Translations under genes and position numbers: made by a program
Shown: positions 33,586 to 44,219 of the stretch, piece after piece
How the letters are laid out: every line of letters starts with the position of its first letter
How positions within the stretch are numbered: the stretch's first letter is position 1
Assembly: GCA_947459205.1 (NCBI GenBank)
Contig: CANHCR010000008.1
Location: forward strand, 7,216 to 71,215
Direction of reading: 5' to 3'
DNA length: 64,000 nt
From: Bacillales bacterium
GTDB lineage: Bacteria > Bacillota > Bacilli > Paenibacillales > CANHCR01
The notes under the pieces: model-generated
Database searches by the model: none
Seen by the model: only the letters and a program-made list of their open reading frames with translations
What the model was told of the DNA's origin: nothing

Positions 33586-35097
33586 ATGAATCAGTTAGGT
33601 TTGACTGTCGCAGATTTGGCCACACTTGCACCCGAACTGACGTTGCTGATCACAGCAATCGTACTGACATTGATTGATTTGTTTTTACCAGAAAATGCGA
33701 AGCGACATTCGATTGCATTTTTGGCGCTTCTCGGGATTGCAACATCAATCTTCTTTGTCAGCCAAGCATTCGGGCCAGAGCAAGTCATTTCGATTTTGAG
33801 TACATCGTATCGCGTGGACGATTTCGCTAACTTAATGAAACTTATCATTCTTGGCGGTACAGCACTGATCATTTTGATGAGCGTCGGCTCGCTTGATAAG
33901 CAACAAGTTGTGCACAAAGGAGAATACTATTATCTCCTTCTCCCTGCAGCGATTGGTGCGATGATTATGGTCTCATCGGCAGACCTGATCACGCTGTTTG
34001 TCGGACTTGAGTTACTTAGTATCACTTCTTACATCATGGTCGGCATGAACAAAAAGAATGCACGTTCCGCAGAAGCCGCATTTAAGTATATTGTCCAAGG
34101 TGGAATCGCCTCAGCAATCATTCTTTACGGCATGACGTTCCTCTATGGTTTGTCTGGCAGCACCAATTTGGCGGTCATTCGCGACGCAATTAGCCAAAAC
34201 GCAGATGCATTTGGTCCAATGATTTATTTATCGTTGTTCTTAATGCTCGCTGGTCTCGGATTCAAAATTGCCGCTGCACCGTTTCACGCATGGGCGCCGG
34301 ATGTTTATCAGGGTTCACCGTCACCGATTGCTGCTTTTCTTGCGGTCGTGTCGAAAGCTGCTGCGATCGCTTTGCTCTTCCGTATCATGCTAAACGTATT
34401 CTTCTATGTTGGCTCTGACACAACCTTTATTTACTTCGATGCGATGTTAGCGATCCAAGTGCTTGCTGCGGCTGCCATCATCATCGGTAACGTACTTGCG
34501 TTGCGTCAAACGAACGTCAAGCGATTGCTTGCATACTCGGGTGTTGCCAACGCGGGTTATTTGCTTATTCCGATTTCAGCGAATGGATTTTTCAATAATT
34601 TCTCCGAATTGTTTTTCTACCTTGTTGCATATCTATTGATGAACATCGGTATTTTTGCTGCTTTGATGATCGTTAGTCAAAACAACGAAGATGATGAAGT
34701 CAATGAGGAACTGAGCGCTTTTTCTGGTTTATATTATCGTTCGCCGTGGTCGGCGGTTGCAACCGTACTGCTTGTCATATCACTTGCTGGAATTCCGATT
34801 AGTGCGGGATTCACAGGAAAAATGTACATTTTGTTTGGCTCCATCCGAGAACAAGATTATTGGTTGGCAGCTGTGATGATTGCAGGTAGCATTATCTCCT
34901 TTTTCTACTACTTCGGCATCATCCGGCAAATGTTCATGCGTAGCAACGAACAAAAAGCAGTTTTTCGTTCAGTACCGTTGCAAGTGGTGCTGTGGTTCTG
35001 CGCCATCTTGACGTTAGCACTCGGTTTGTATCCAAATTTGGTCCTTGAATTTGTAAGTTCCTTGTTCTCAGTACCTGAAGATTTGTTCTTCTTGTAG
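33586..35097 (+). CDS. nuoN: NADH-quinone oxidoreductase subunit N
   Basis: FKIAAAPFHAWAPDVYQG, KRLLAYS. Confidence 0.96.
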   Translation: MNQLGLTVADLATLAPELTLLITAIVLTLIDLFLPENAKRHSIAFLALLGIATSIFFVSQAFGPEQVISILSTSYRVDDFANLMKLIILGGTALIILMSVGSLDKQQVVHKGEYYYLLLPAAIGAMIMVSSADLITLFVGLELLSITSYIMVGMNKKNARSAEAAFKYIVQGGIASAIILYGMTFLYGLSGSTNLAVIRDAISQNADAFGPMIYLSLFLMLAGLGFKIAAAPFHAWAPDVYQGSPSPIAAFLAVVSKAAAIALLFRIMLNVFFYVGSDTTFIYFDAMLAIQVLAAAAIIIGNVLALRQTNVKRLLAYSGVANAGYLLIPISANGFFNNFSELFFYLVAYLLMNIGIFAALMIVSQNNEDDEVNEELSAFSGLYYRSPWSAVATVLLVISLAGIPISAGFTGKMYILFGSIREQDYWLAAVMIAGSIISFFYYFGIIRQMFMRSNEQKAVFRSVPLQVVLWFCAILTLALGLYPNLVLEFVSSLFSVPEDLFFL

Positions 35098-35113
35098 AAA
35101 TATAAATAATTCA

Positions 35114-35146
35114 GAGGTCCTTTCTCGCGGAGAAAGGGCCTTTGTT
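35114..35146 (+). terminator. nuo operon terminator
   Basis: AGGTCCTTTCTC-GCG-GAGAAAGGGCCT-TTGTT. Confidence 0.7.
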
Positions 35147-35162
35147 CAAAGGATGGTAAGTC

Positions 35163-37631
35163 TTGAAGACGAGGGCGCAGTTGTTTTTCGCCATAATATT
35201 TATCGTTTCAACAATCGGCTGTCTTATTGCGTTCACTACTTCCGACTCTCTGGCGGCCATTCCGAACGTTTCGAAAAAAACGTCAGTTACCGTCGCAGTT
35301 GTTGATACAGGTATCGATTTGAATCATCTCGCTTTTAAAGGGATGATTGTCAAAGGTGTCAATTTGCTCGATTATGGCGAAAAACCGCTCGATGATCATG
35401 GACATGGAACGATGGTTGCTGGTGTCGTGGTCAATACATATGATAGCTACAAACAATTAATCGCCAACCCGTTGCCGATTAAAATCATGCCTGTCAAAGC
35501 GTTGACGTCGGAAGGTGATGGTACGGAAACGAAACTCGCTGAAGGTATTCGTTATGCCATCGAACAAAAGGCGGACATTATCGTACTCTCGCTCGGACTT
35601 TATGAAAATGAACCTGAATTAGAAAAAGCAGTTTTCGACGCCGAGAAAAAAGGGATCACAGTGGTTGCGGCAACCGGTAATGATGGCGAAAGCGTCAAGT
35701 ATCCTGCAGCTTATCCATCGGTCTTTGCAGTTGGCGGAATGGGTGCGAACGAACAAGTGGTAGAATTGTCAAATGTCGGCGAGGAAGTCGATGTGGTAGC
35801 ATCTTGGAAAGTGTATACGACAGCATTGGGCGGTACTTATACATTTAACGAGGGAACATCGATGGCGGCACCCCAAGCAGCCGCTGCGGCGGCATTATAC
35901 ATGAATGTCAAAGAAAATGTGACACCGCTACAAATTCGCCAACAGATTCGCCAAACCGCTAAGGACATTGAACTTCCCGGTTGGGATGTGCTCGCGGGCT
36001 ACGGAACGTTGCGCATCGAGCGCGTTCTTTCACAAGTTGCAAAGGCTGATATGTTCGAATCAAACAATCGTCTGGAAGACGCAAAGATATTACCGCTTAA
36101 CACGCTAAATTTAGCACAAATGAATACAGGCAATGATCGCGATTGGTTCGTCATTAACCCGCAACATAAAGGTACGATACGTTTCGAATTGGTCAGCAAA
36201 ACGGCGTTTGCCGAAACGATTCAAATCAACTTGTACCCGAACAACAACGGCAAAAGCAAATCTTATACGATGACGTCCAGTAAACCTGCGATCGTGCCTG
36301 TGAGTGCAGGTCAACAGTACATCGAACTGATGTTGCCTGCTAAAGATATCAAGACGTACGCTTATGCATTCACAAATCGTTTCACCATATACCGCGATGA
36401 GTTTGAAGATAACGACCGCCAGTACAAGGCGTTCGCTTTGCCGTTGCGAAGTCAGACCATCGTGGGTACACTAGACCGCAATTTTGATGAAGATTGGTTT
36501 GTCTTTCAGACTTCACAATCGGGGAAATTGACGGTTACTGCTGAGCCGAATCATCCGCGCTTCGACTTGGTGTTAAAAATGCAAAAACATGCAAGTAAAT
36601 TACAGACGATTGATCGCAATCATTATAACGAATCGGAGATTTTAACCGCATATGATATTGATGGCGGAAAATACTATCTAAGTGTGAGCAATGCTGATGG
36701 GTCGCCGGTCAACAGTGAGTATCGATTGCGTTTCGACTTTACAGCGAAGCAATCAAACAGCAACGAACCGAATGATTTTCCTGCGCAAGCAACCAAACTA
36801 AAACTGTCCACGCCGTATTTCGGTCAATTGAACGACGCGAATGATACCGATTATTATCAATTCACTGTAAGCAATGAGAGCGTGCTTCGCTTGACACTCA
36901 ACAACACTGTACTCGACCCGCGCCTCAATGTGGCACTGTTCGATAGTCGCGCCAACGCCATGAAATGGTCAATTTCTGGTCGCAGCGGGAACAATTACGT
37001 TTTTATGCGTAATATAAACAAGGGAAATTATTACGTGAAATTTGCACTAACCGATAATGGCGCAAAAATGAACTATAATTTTTCTGCTGATATGAATCCG
37101 TTAATTGCTGGGTATGAAGATGTGACGAATCATTGGGCGCAAGACGCGATCGTTGCCCTTACCAAACGCAACATTATCCAAGGAAATAGAAACTTCAAAT
37201 TCGAGCCGGATCGTCCGATTAGTAGGGCGGAAGCGGCATCACTTATTGTGCGCGCTTTCAAGGCGAATCAAATTGGAAAAGTCTCATTTAAGGATGTCAA
37301 AAACACACATTGGGCATATGATGAAATAGCGAAGGCAGTAAACGAAAACATCATTAACGGTTACCCCGATGACACATTTCGCCCCAATCGCTCAATCACA
37401 CGAGCTGAAACAAGCGTGATGCTCGTCAACGCGCTGAAATTGAATCGCAGTTTTGTGATTGCGCGTCCGTTCCGTGACGTCCCATTACATCACTTTGCAG
37501 CCATGGCGATTAAGCAGTTGAAGGCGCTCAAAATTATGAACGGTGTCAGCGACAACTTGTTTGCTCCCGATACCGCAACGACACGTGCGCAGTTCGCTGT
37601 GGCCTTGCAATCAGCGCTCGCAAACCAATAA
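35163..37631 (+). CDS. secreted S8 subtilisin-like serine peptidase with PPC-like repeats and C-terminal SLH domains
   Basis: triad VAVVDTG / HGHGTMVAG / GTSMAAP; repeated E.N(D/N)...D.D(W/Y) units; three SLH repeats (SRAEAA, TRAETS, TRAQFA). Confidence 0.88.
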   Translation: MKTRAQLFFAIIFIVSTIGCLIAFTTSDSLAAIPNVSKKTSVTVAVVDTGIDLNHLAFKGMIVKGVNLLDYGEKPLDDHGHGTMVAGVVVNTYDSYKQLIANPLPIKIMPVKALTSEGDGTETKLAEGIRYAIEQKADIIVLSLGLYENEPELEKAVFDAEKKGITVVAATGNDGESVKYPAAYPSVFAVGGMGANEQVVELSNVGEEVDVVASWKVYTTALGGTYTFNEGTSMAAPQAAAAAALYMNVKENVTPLQIRQQIRQTAKDIELPGWDVLAGYGTLRIERVLSQVAKADMFESNNRLEDAKILPLNTLNLAQMNTGNDRDWFVINPQHKGTIRFELVSKTAFAETIQINLYPNNNGKSKSYTMTSSKPAIVPVSAGQQYIELMLPAKDIKTYAYAFTNRFTIYRDEFEDNDRQYKAFALPLRSQTIVGTLDRNFDEDWFVFQTSQSGKLTVTAEPNHPRFDLVLKMQKHASKLQTIDRNHYNESEILTAYDIDGGKYYLSVSNADGSPVNSEYRLRFDFTAKQSNSNEPNDFPAQATKLKLSTPYFGQLNDANDTDYYQFTVSNESVLRLTLNNTVLDPRLNVALFDSRANAMKWSISGRSGNNYVFMRNINKGNYYVKFALTDNGAKMNYNFSADMNPLIAGYEDVTNHWAQDAIVALTKRNIIQGNRNFKFEPDRPISRAEAASLIVRAFKANQIGKVSFKDVKNTHWAYDEIAKAVNENIINGYPDDTFRPNRSITRAETSVMLVNALKLNRSFVIARPFRDVPLHHFAAMAIKQLKALKIMNGVSDNLFAPDTATTRAQFAVALQSALANQ

Positions 37632-37661
37632 TCATAACACGATAAAATGAGGTGATCACGG

Positions 37662-37883
37662 ATGCCATTACTGAATATCGCTGCCGCTCTATTTTTCATC
37701 ATTATTGCTTGGTGGGCACTGCAGGCGTTGAAATTCGAAAAACTTGTCCGCCAACCGCGAAGCCCACAAGCAAAAGTGTTGCAAATGATACTTTCGATCG
37801 CACTCGGCACCCTCGTCGCTAACTTTTTTACGGATTACTTATCTTGGTTCACATTACTGCAAGAATCATTGCTTGCTCCTTAA
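37662..37883 (+). CDS. ywzB: DUF1146/YwzB small membrane protein
   Basis: WWALQ.LKFEK...QAK.L.I.LSIALG.LVANFF.DY; upstream of murA. Confidence 0.82.
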   Translation: MPLLNIAAALFFIIIAWWALQALKFEKLVRQPRSPQAKVLQMILSIALGTLVANFFTDYLSWFTLLQESLLAP

Positions 37884-37911
37884 TTTTAGTAGCGGAAGGA
37901 AGTGCAAGTTC

Positions 37912-39222
37912 ATGGCCAAACTTATCATTAAAGGCGGAACCCCTTTGACCGGCACGGTGAAAGTGCATGGTGCTAAAAATGCAGTTCTTCCGATTATTGC
38001 CGCCACCATTCTCGGTCAGCATGGCATCAGTGTAATTCATGAAACACCGGCGCTCGACGATGTCGCCACGATTGCCGCCGTCCTGCAATCGATGGGCATC
38101 CGTGTCAATCATCAAGACGAACGTCTCACAATCAACGCGACCGCCGTAACCAGCTTCGAAGCCCCTTTGGAACTAGTCAATAAAATGCGCGCCTCCATTC
38201 TTGTCATGGGTCCATTGCTAGCACGTTTCGGTAGGGCCCGTGTCGGCTTGCCCGGCGGCTGCGCGATCGGCTCCAGACCGATTGATCAGCATCTAAAAGG
38301 GTTCGAGGCGATGGGGGCGATCATCCACTTTGGCGAGCAATACGTTGAGGCGGTTCTTCCGGAGAACCAGACGCGCTTGCGTGGCACTAGATTGTACTTG
38401 GACGTACCGAGCGTCGGTGCCACCGAAAATATTATGATGGCGGCTACACTGGCTGAAGGCACGACCGTCATCGAAAACGCAGCTCGCGAACCAGAAATTG
38501 TCGACTTATCCAACTTGCTCAATGCCATGGGAGCTCATGTGCGTGGCGCCGGCACCGACACCATTCGTATCGAAGGCGTGCGAGAACTGCAGGCTGTCCA
38601 CCATCACGTCATCCCGGATCGAATCGAGGCGGGAACATTTCTCATCGCGGCCGCCATTACCGGCGGTCATATCATGGTCGATGGCGCAATTAGCCACCAC
38701 CTTACCTCTTTGCTTGCTAAACTTCGTGAAACCGGCGTCGAAATCACCGAACATGAGAACGCCATCGAAGCGAAAGTGGTGCGCCCGTTGCGCTCGGTCG
38801 ACATCAAAACGCTACCTTATCCCGGCTTCCCTACCGACTTGCAAGCGCAAATGATGGCTCTGCTTACTACCGTTCCAGGCGATAGCATCATCACCGAAAC
38901 CATTTTCGAAAATCGCTTCATGCACGTTGCCGAACTGCAAAAATTCAATGGCAAAATGATGGTCGAAGGTCGACAAGCGATCATCACTGGCGGCCAAAAC
39001 TTACGTCCCGCCCAAGCATGTGCTACCGATTTGCGAGCGGGGGCAGCGGTTGTTCTAGCGGCCCTGGCTGCCAACGGCGAGAGCGAAATTAGTGGCCTGC
39101 ATCATATCGACCGTGGCTACGTTGATCTCGTCGGCAAATTAACACGTCTTGGCGCTAATATCGAACGCGATGAAATGGTCAAAGCAGTCAACGTGCTTTC
39201 GCAATCGAGCGAAAGTATCTAA
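37912..39222 (+). CDS. murA: UDP-N-acetylglucosamine 1-carboxyvinyltransferase
   Basis: [33 protein letters not shown]. Confidence 0.98.
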   Translation: MAKLIIKGGTPLTGTVKVHGAKNAVLPIIAATILGQHGISVIHETPALDDVATIAAVLQSMGIRVNHQDERLTINATAVTSFEAPLELVNKMRASILVMGPLLARFGRARVGLPGGCAIGSRPIDQHLKGFEAMGAIIHFGEQYVEAVLPENQTRLRGTRLYLDVPSVGATENIMMAATLAEGTTVIENAAREPEIVDLSNLLNAMGAHVRGAGTDTIRIEGVRELQAVHHHVIPDRIEAGTFLIAAAITGGHIMVDGAISHHLTSLLAKLRETGVEITEHENAIEAKVVRPLRSVDIKTLPYPGFPTDLQAQMMALLTTVPGDSIITETIFENRFMHVAELQKFNGKMMVEGRQAIITGGQNLRPAQACATDLRAGAAVVLAALAANGESEISGLHHIDRGYVDLVGKLTRLGANIERDEMVKAVNVLSQSSESI

Positions 39223-39245
39223 TAGCCGAGATTCGCGAATATACT
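39218..39245 (+). promoter_or_regulatory. putative sigma-E promoter of spoIID
   Basis: TCTAATA-13 nt-AATATACT; spoIID is sigma-E dependent in B. subtilis. Confidence 0.4.
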
Positions 39246-39261
39246 TACGAGGAGTGGATGT

Positions 39262-40260
39262 ATGCCCAGGCACCGTTTCGCATTATCGTGGTTTCTCATT
39301 ATGTCACTCAGTTGCACACTCGTCGTTGCTGCCGGTCTAAGCGCCGGCACTCCGACTGTCTCCGCTAATCACCAAGCTAACCAAACCAAACAGGCGAATA
39401 TTACAGTGCCCGTCTTCGTCACAGCAAAAGGGAAAATTCAACAAGTACCGCTTGAACAATATGTGCTCGGCGTAGTAGCTGCCGAAATGCCCGACCGATT
39501 TGCCGGCGAGGCGTTGAAAGCGCAAGCAATCGCAGCACGTACATACATTATTCATAAAATGTTGGAAGCGCGCGCAGACCGTTCGCGTACACCGTTCTTC
39601 ATCAAAGATAGCACCGTCGATCAAGTGTACATCGAGGCGTCTGCCATGCAGCGCAAATGGGCGGCCGCGAATGATCGCGAGGGCTTGGCTCGTTTGAAAG
39701 CAGCCGTTCAATCGACTCGTGGCACCATCATTACATATCAAAACAAGCCAATCGACGCCACCTATTTTTCGACAAGTAACGGCTATACTGAAAACTCACA
39801 AGATTATTGGGGCGAGCAAGTTCCGTATCTACAAAGTGTCGCCAGCCCATGGGATCGGCTATTGTCGAATCGCTACAAAACAACGATAAGCATGAGCTAT
39901 CGTGAATTTATCCGCAAACTCGGCATCCACTCCGATTCACCGCGTGCATTGACGCGTGCGATGAAAGTAATGGAGCGAACCGACGGCAAACGGATCAAGA
40001 CGATTCGCATCGGCCAACAAACGTTAAGTGGCAGACAGTTTCGCGAAAAACTGGACCTACGCTCGACACATTTTACGTGGACACTCGGTAATGAACAAAT
40101 TACAATCACCACCTACGGCAACGGACACGGCGTCGGTCTGAGTCAGTGGGGAGCACAAGGCATGGCTTTGAAAGGTGTCAAAGCACCGCAAATCTTAAAG
40201 CACTACTATCGTGGCGTACAACTTTCGACAGTCCATAGCGTCTGGTCAAAATCGAAGTAG
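39262..40260 (+). CDS. spoIID: stage II sporulation protein D
   Basis: LEQYVLGVVAAEMP, EALKAQAIAARTY, GHGVGLSQWGA. Confidence 0.95.
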   Translation: MPRHRFALSWFLIMSLSCTLVVAAGLSAGTPTVSANHQANQTKQANITVPVFVTAKGKIQQVPLEQYVLGVVAAEMPDRFAGEALKAQAIAARTYIIHKMLEARADRSRTPFFIKDSTVDQVYIEASAMQRKWAAANDREGLARLKAAVQSTRGTIITYQNKPIDATYFSTSNGYTENSQDYWGEQVPYLQSVASPWDRLLSNRYKTTISMSYREFIRKLGIHSDSPRALTRAMKVMERTDGKRIKTIRIGQQTLSGRQFREKLDLRSTHFTWTLGNEQITITTYGNGHGVGLSQWGAQGMALKGVKAPQILKHYYRGVQLSTVHSVWSKSK

Positions 40261-40268
40261 CCACGCAT

Positions 40269-40296
40269 GTATATTTGCTCACATCTTGGTAACAAT
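40269..40296 (+). promoter_or_regulatory. putative sigma-F promoter of spoIIQ
   Basis: GTATA-14 nt-GGTAACAAT. Confidence 0.5.
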
Positions 40297-40316
40297 TGTT
40301 ACCGAGGTGATCAAAT

Positions 40317-41003
40317 ATGAATGAACAAAATCAAATGAAACCAAAAAGCGCCGGCTGGCGCAAACTGCTTGCGAAGCGATGGCTATTTCCAGTCATGTAC
40401 GTTGCGGTTGCGGGCATCATGCTAACACTCATGTGGGTGTACCAACAAGACATGACCGAATCAGTCACACAAACAGAGGTCGGCGGGGTCGCCAAAAACG
40501 ACGCTTCAAGCGCCAAACAGCAGACGTCAAAGGAGCAAACGCTCGCCGTCAACAAGCCGCTCGAAACCATGATCTGGCCCTATTTGCCTGATGCGTCGAT
40601 CAAAGTCGTCATGTCGTTCTACGACATGGGCGCACCAGTTAGCGCTCGTCAGCAGGCGCTCGTCGAGTATGACCGCACATTCATCCCGCACACTGGCATC
40701 GACTTCGCTCGCAAAGATCAAAAACCTTTCCCAGTATTGAGCGCATTAAGCGGCATCGTCACACGCGCGGAGACCCATGCCATATTCGGACAGCTTGTCG
40801 AAATCACACATGAAAATAATTTGGTTACGGTGTATCAAAGCCTCGGACGTACCGATGTCAAACTCAATGCAACAGTCAAGCAAGGCGACATCATCGGTCA
40901 AGCAGGTCGCAACGTTTTTGAAAAAAATCAAGGTGTCCATCTTCATTTTGAAGTTCGCCAGAATGGTGCTGCTGTCAATCCGGCACAATGGATTCCGAAA
41001 TAG
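40317..41003 (+). CDS. spoIIQ: SpoIIQ-like M23 (LytM) protein
   Basis: KRWLFPVMY TM segment, HTGID, HLHFEVR; lies between spoIID and spoIIID. Confidence 0.85.
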   Translation: MNEQNQMKPKSAGWRKLLAKRWLFPVMYVAVAGIMLTLMWVYQQDMTESVTQTEVGGVAKNDASSAKQQTSKEQTLAVNKPLETMIWPYLPDASIKVVMSFYDMGAPVSARQQALVEYDRTFIPHTGIDFARKDQKPFPVLSALSGIVTRAETHAIFGQLVEITHENNLVTVYQSLGRTDVKLNATVKQGDIIGQAGRNVFEKNQGVHLHFEVRQNGAAVNPAQWIPK

Positions 41004-41031
41004 TCATATCATCGCCCACCCCTCATATATA
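41004..41031 (+). promoter_or_regulatory. putative sigma-E promoter of spoIIID
   Basis: TCATATC-13 nt-CATATATA. Confidence 0.5.
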
Positions 41032-41063
41032 TAGGTAAACAGCTTGAGCAGGGGGTGGATGCG

Positions 41064-41321
41064 GTGCACGATTACATCAAAGAGCGCACTCTTCGTATGG
41101 CTTTCTGCATCATCGAGACCCATATGACGGTGCGCTCTATTGCCGGGCAGTTCGCTGTTTCCAAAAGCACCGTTCATAAAGATTTGACCGAACGATTGCC
41201 TGAAATCGATGCCGAGTTAGCCAACCGTGTGAAAGAGATTTTGGAATACCATAAGGCGATCCGTCATTTGCGCGGCGGCGAGGCGACAAAATTAAAGTAT
41301 CAAAAAGAAGGAATTTTGTAA
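41064..41321 (+). CDS. spoIIID: sporulation transcription factor SpoIIID
   Basis: HDYIKERT, VSKSTVHKDLTERL, RHLRGGEATK. Confidence 0.96.
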   Translation: MHDYIKERTLRMAFCIIETHMTVRSIAGQFAVSKSTVHKDLTERLPEIDAELANRVKEILEYHKAIRHLRGGEATKLKYQKEGIL

Positions 41322-41436
41322 GCGATGTCGAATACTGATGAACACGCACCCCTATCTAAATCGATGTCAGTGTACAATAGACTGTCAATTATGATATGAT
41401 ATTTGTACTTGCATTTGTTTAGGAGGACTTGTTTCC

Positions 41437-42417
41437 ATGTTTTTCAGTAAAGATATCGGCATTGATTTAGGTACGGCAAACGTACTCATCCATGTAAAAG
41501 GGCGCGGCGTGGTGCTTAATGAACCGTCCGTCGTCGCCATTGAAAGCGACACCAAGAAAGTGCTTGCCGTCGGCGAAGAAGCGTTCCGCATGGTCGGACG
41601 TACACCAGGTAACATCGTTGCCATTCGTCCATTAAAAGACGGCGTTATTGCAGATTTCGAAATTACCGAAATCATGCTGAAGCACTTTATCAATAAAGTG
41701 GGTGGCAAAAAGTGGTTCAGCCGTCCGCGCATTCTCATTTGTGCGCCGACCAATATTACATCGGTCGAGCAAAAGGCGATTCGTGAAGCTGCAGAAAAAT
41801 GCGGCGCGCGCCAAGTCTACCTTGAGGAAGAACCGAAAGTAGCAGCCATCGGCGCAGGCATGGACATTTTCCAACCATACGGCAACATGGTGGTTGACAT
41901 CGGCGGTGGTACAACTGACATTGCCGTACTTTCCATGGGAGATATCGTTACTGCCACATCGCTCAAAGTCGCTGGTGACACATTTGACACCGCGATTATG
42001 AAATATATCAAAAACAAATACAAACTGCTCATCGGAGAGCGCACGTCCGAAGAAATCAAAATTCGCATCGGCACTGTTTACGCAGGTAGTCGCAACGAAC
42101 GAATCGACATTCGCGGACGGGATATGGTTAGTGGCTTGCCATTGACCGTGACGGTTAACTCCGAAGAGATTATGGAGGCATTGCTCGAATCCGTCTCGCA
42201 AATCGTGACGTCCGCCAAGTTGGTGCTCGAGCGCACGCCGCCAGAACTGTCCGCTGACATTATCGATCGCGGTGTGATTATGACAGGTGGCGGGGCATTG
42301 CTTCACGGTTTGGATCGTTTACTAGAGGATGAATTGAAAGTGCCGGTTTTTGTTGCCGACAACCCAATGCGTTGCGTCGTCGACGGCACCGGTAAAATGC
42401 TAGATAATTTGAGTTAA
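41437..42417 (+). CDS. mbl: MreB-like protein Mbl
   Basis: IGIDLGTAN, DIGGGTT, TGGGALL; synteny spoIIID-mbl-flhO. Confidence 0.92.
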   Translation: MFFSKDIGIDLGTANVLIHVKGRGVVLNEPSVVAIESDTKKVLAVGEEAFRMVGRTPGNIVAIRPLKDGVIADFEITEIMLKHFINKVGGKKWFSRPRILICAPTNITSVEQKAIREAAEKCGARQVYLEEEPKVAAIGAGMDIFQPYGNMVVDIGGGTTDIAVLSMGDIVTATSLKVAGDTFDTAIMKYIKNKYKLLIGERTSEEIKIRIGTVYAGSRNERIDIRGRDMVSGLPLTVTVNSEEIMEALLESVSQIVTSAKLVLERTPPELSADIIDRGVIMTGGGALLHGLDRLLEDELKVPVFVADNPMRCVVDGTGKMLDNLS

Positions 42418-42433
42418 ATGAGGAGGTCGCACA

Positions 42434-43303
42434 ATGCTAAGAGGTCTATATACAGCTACCTCGGGCATGATGGCCCAACAACGACGTCACGAAACCATCA
42501 CAAACAACATCGCCAACATGAATACGCCAGGTTACAAAGCGGACAACCCTATGATCCGTTCGTTTCCTGAGTATTTGATTCAGCGAATTGGTGACAAGCC
42601 GCGCGGCACATTGGCACCAAAACTGGGTCGAGTCGCACAAGGTGTGTTCATGGAAGAAAAAGTCCCGACATTCGGCCAAGGCGATTTGTTTGAGACGAGC
42701 AATATATTTGATTTTGCGCTCGTCAGCAACCTGCAAGTAGAGGATGCGACATTCGATCGCTCAGGGAAATATATCAACGAAGACGGTGAGTTTATTTACC
42801 AACCTCAGGCGTTCTTCACGGTCATCAACGAAAACGGTGAGCGTCGATATACGCGCAACGGACGTTTCGTGGTCAATCCGCAGGGCGAATTGATGACTCC
42901 TTCAGGATACAGAGTGCTCGGCGCCAATGGCGAACCGGTGCAAATGAACGGGCGTGCGAACGTCAAAATGGACAAACAGGGCAACGTATATGACAGTTTA
43001 ACCGGTTTGCGTATCAACGATGTGCAACCTTTTCTCATCTCGCGCGTAGAAAATCCTAACAAGCTTGTTCGTGAAGGTCACGGCGTTTTCAAACTTGGTG
43101 AGGATGAAGAAGTTCGCGCAGTAGAACGTGGCGACCTTGTAGAAATTCATCAGAACCATTTGGAACGTTCGAATGTGGATCCGACGCAGTCGATGATTGA
43201 TATGATGACAGCGATGCGAGCCTATGAAGCGAATCAGAAAGTCATTCAGTTTTACGATCGCAGTCTCGACAAAGCGGTTAACGAAGTTGGACGGATTTAT
43301 TAA
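42434..43303 (+). CDS. flhO: flagellar basal-body rod protein FlhO (FlgF/G family)
   Basis: MLRGLYTA.SGM, NNIAN.NTPGYK, YTRNGRF, LERSNVD. Confidence 0.9.
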   Translation: MLRGLYTATSGMMAQQRRHETITNNIANMNTPGYKADNPMIRSFPEYLIQRIGDKPRGTLAPKLGRVAQGVFMEEKVPTFGQGDLFETSNIFDFALVSNLQVEDATFDRSGKYINEDGEFIYQPQAFFTVINENGERRYTRNGRFVVNPQGELMTPSGYRVLGANGEPVQMNGRANVKMDKQGNVYDSLTGLRINDVQPFLISRVENPNKLVREGHGVFKLGEDEEVRAVERGDLVEIHQNHLERSNVDPTQSMIDMMTAMRAYEANQKVIQFYDRSLDKAVNEVGRIY

Positions 43304-43339
43304 TTCACGATTCATACTAAGCCCTTGAGGTGAAAAACC

Positions 43340-44212
43340 ATGAACACATCGCTATACACATCGTTGGTTTCGATGGGAGCGCTTCAACAAAAACTTGATA
43401 TCATCTCTAAAAACGTAGCGAACGTCAACACGACTGGTTATAAACGTCGCGAAGCCTCATTTGAAGATTTGTTGACTACCACCATCAATCAGCAAAATGA
43501 ATTCCAATTAAATGGCAGACTAACACCGCCTGGTTTGAATCGTGGACATGGCATTCGTGTCGACGAAATTCAAATGATGGACGAACAAGGGCAGTTTTCT
43601 CGTACCGATAATACGTACGATTTGGCGATTGAGGGCAATGGCTTCTTCGAAATTGAGGTTGCTGAAGATCCTGTTGCGAACGGTCAAGGGGCAACGATTG
43701 CGCGTGCAGGTTACACCAGAGATGGTTCGTTCCAACTGACACGTAGTGCCGAAAATCCGAATTTCAATTTCCTAGTTACGTCTCAAGGTCGCTATGTGCG
43801 CGATGTCAACAACCAACGCATCCAACTTCCATATAACGCTCAAAACGTGAAGGTTGATGAGAGCGGATTCATTAGTGCTCAACTACCGAACGGCGCTATT
43901 TTGGACAAATTCACTCGCGTGAAAATTGTTCGAGTGCTAAAACCGAAAATGTTGGAGCATGTGGGTGACAATCTGTTTGTTTTACCGCGCAACACCGCGG
44001 TCAATGACCCGCAATTTGTTCGTAGTCTACAGATGAATCGCTCGACCGATGAACCTGTGCTCGTTCGCCAAGGACATTTGGAAACATCGAATGTCAACCT
44101 TTCGAATGAAATGACGGAATTGATTAATACGCAACGTTCATTCCAGTTGCTTTCACGTTCTTTGACGATGAGCGATAACATGATGGGCTTGGTGAACAGT
44201 CTTCGTCAATAA
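43340..44212 (+). CDS. flhP: flagellar rod protein FlhP (FlgG family)
   Basis: NVANVNTTGYK, DLAIEGNGFF, YTRDGSF, LETSNV. Confidence 0.9.
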   Translation: MNTSLYTSLVSMGALQQKLDIISKNVANVNTTGYKRREASFEDLLTTTINQQNEFQLNGRLTPPGLNRGHGIRVDEIQMMDEQGQFSRTDNTYDLAIEGNGFFEIEVAEDPVANGQGATIARAGYTRDGSFQLTRSAENPNFNFLVTSQGRYVRDVNNQRIQLPYNAQNVKVDESGFISAQLPNGAILDKFTRVKIVRVLKPKMLEHVGDNLFVLPRNTAVNDPQFVRSLQMNRSTDEPVLVRQGHLETSNVNLSNEMTELINTQRSFQLLSRSLTMSDNMMGLVNSLRQ

Positions 44213-44219
44213 ACGGAAT

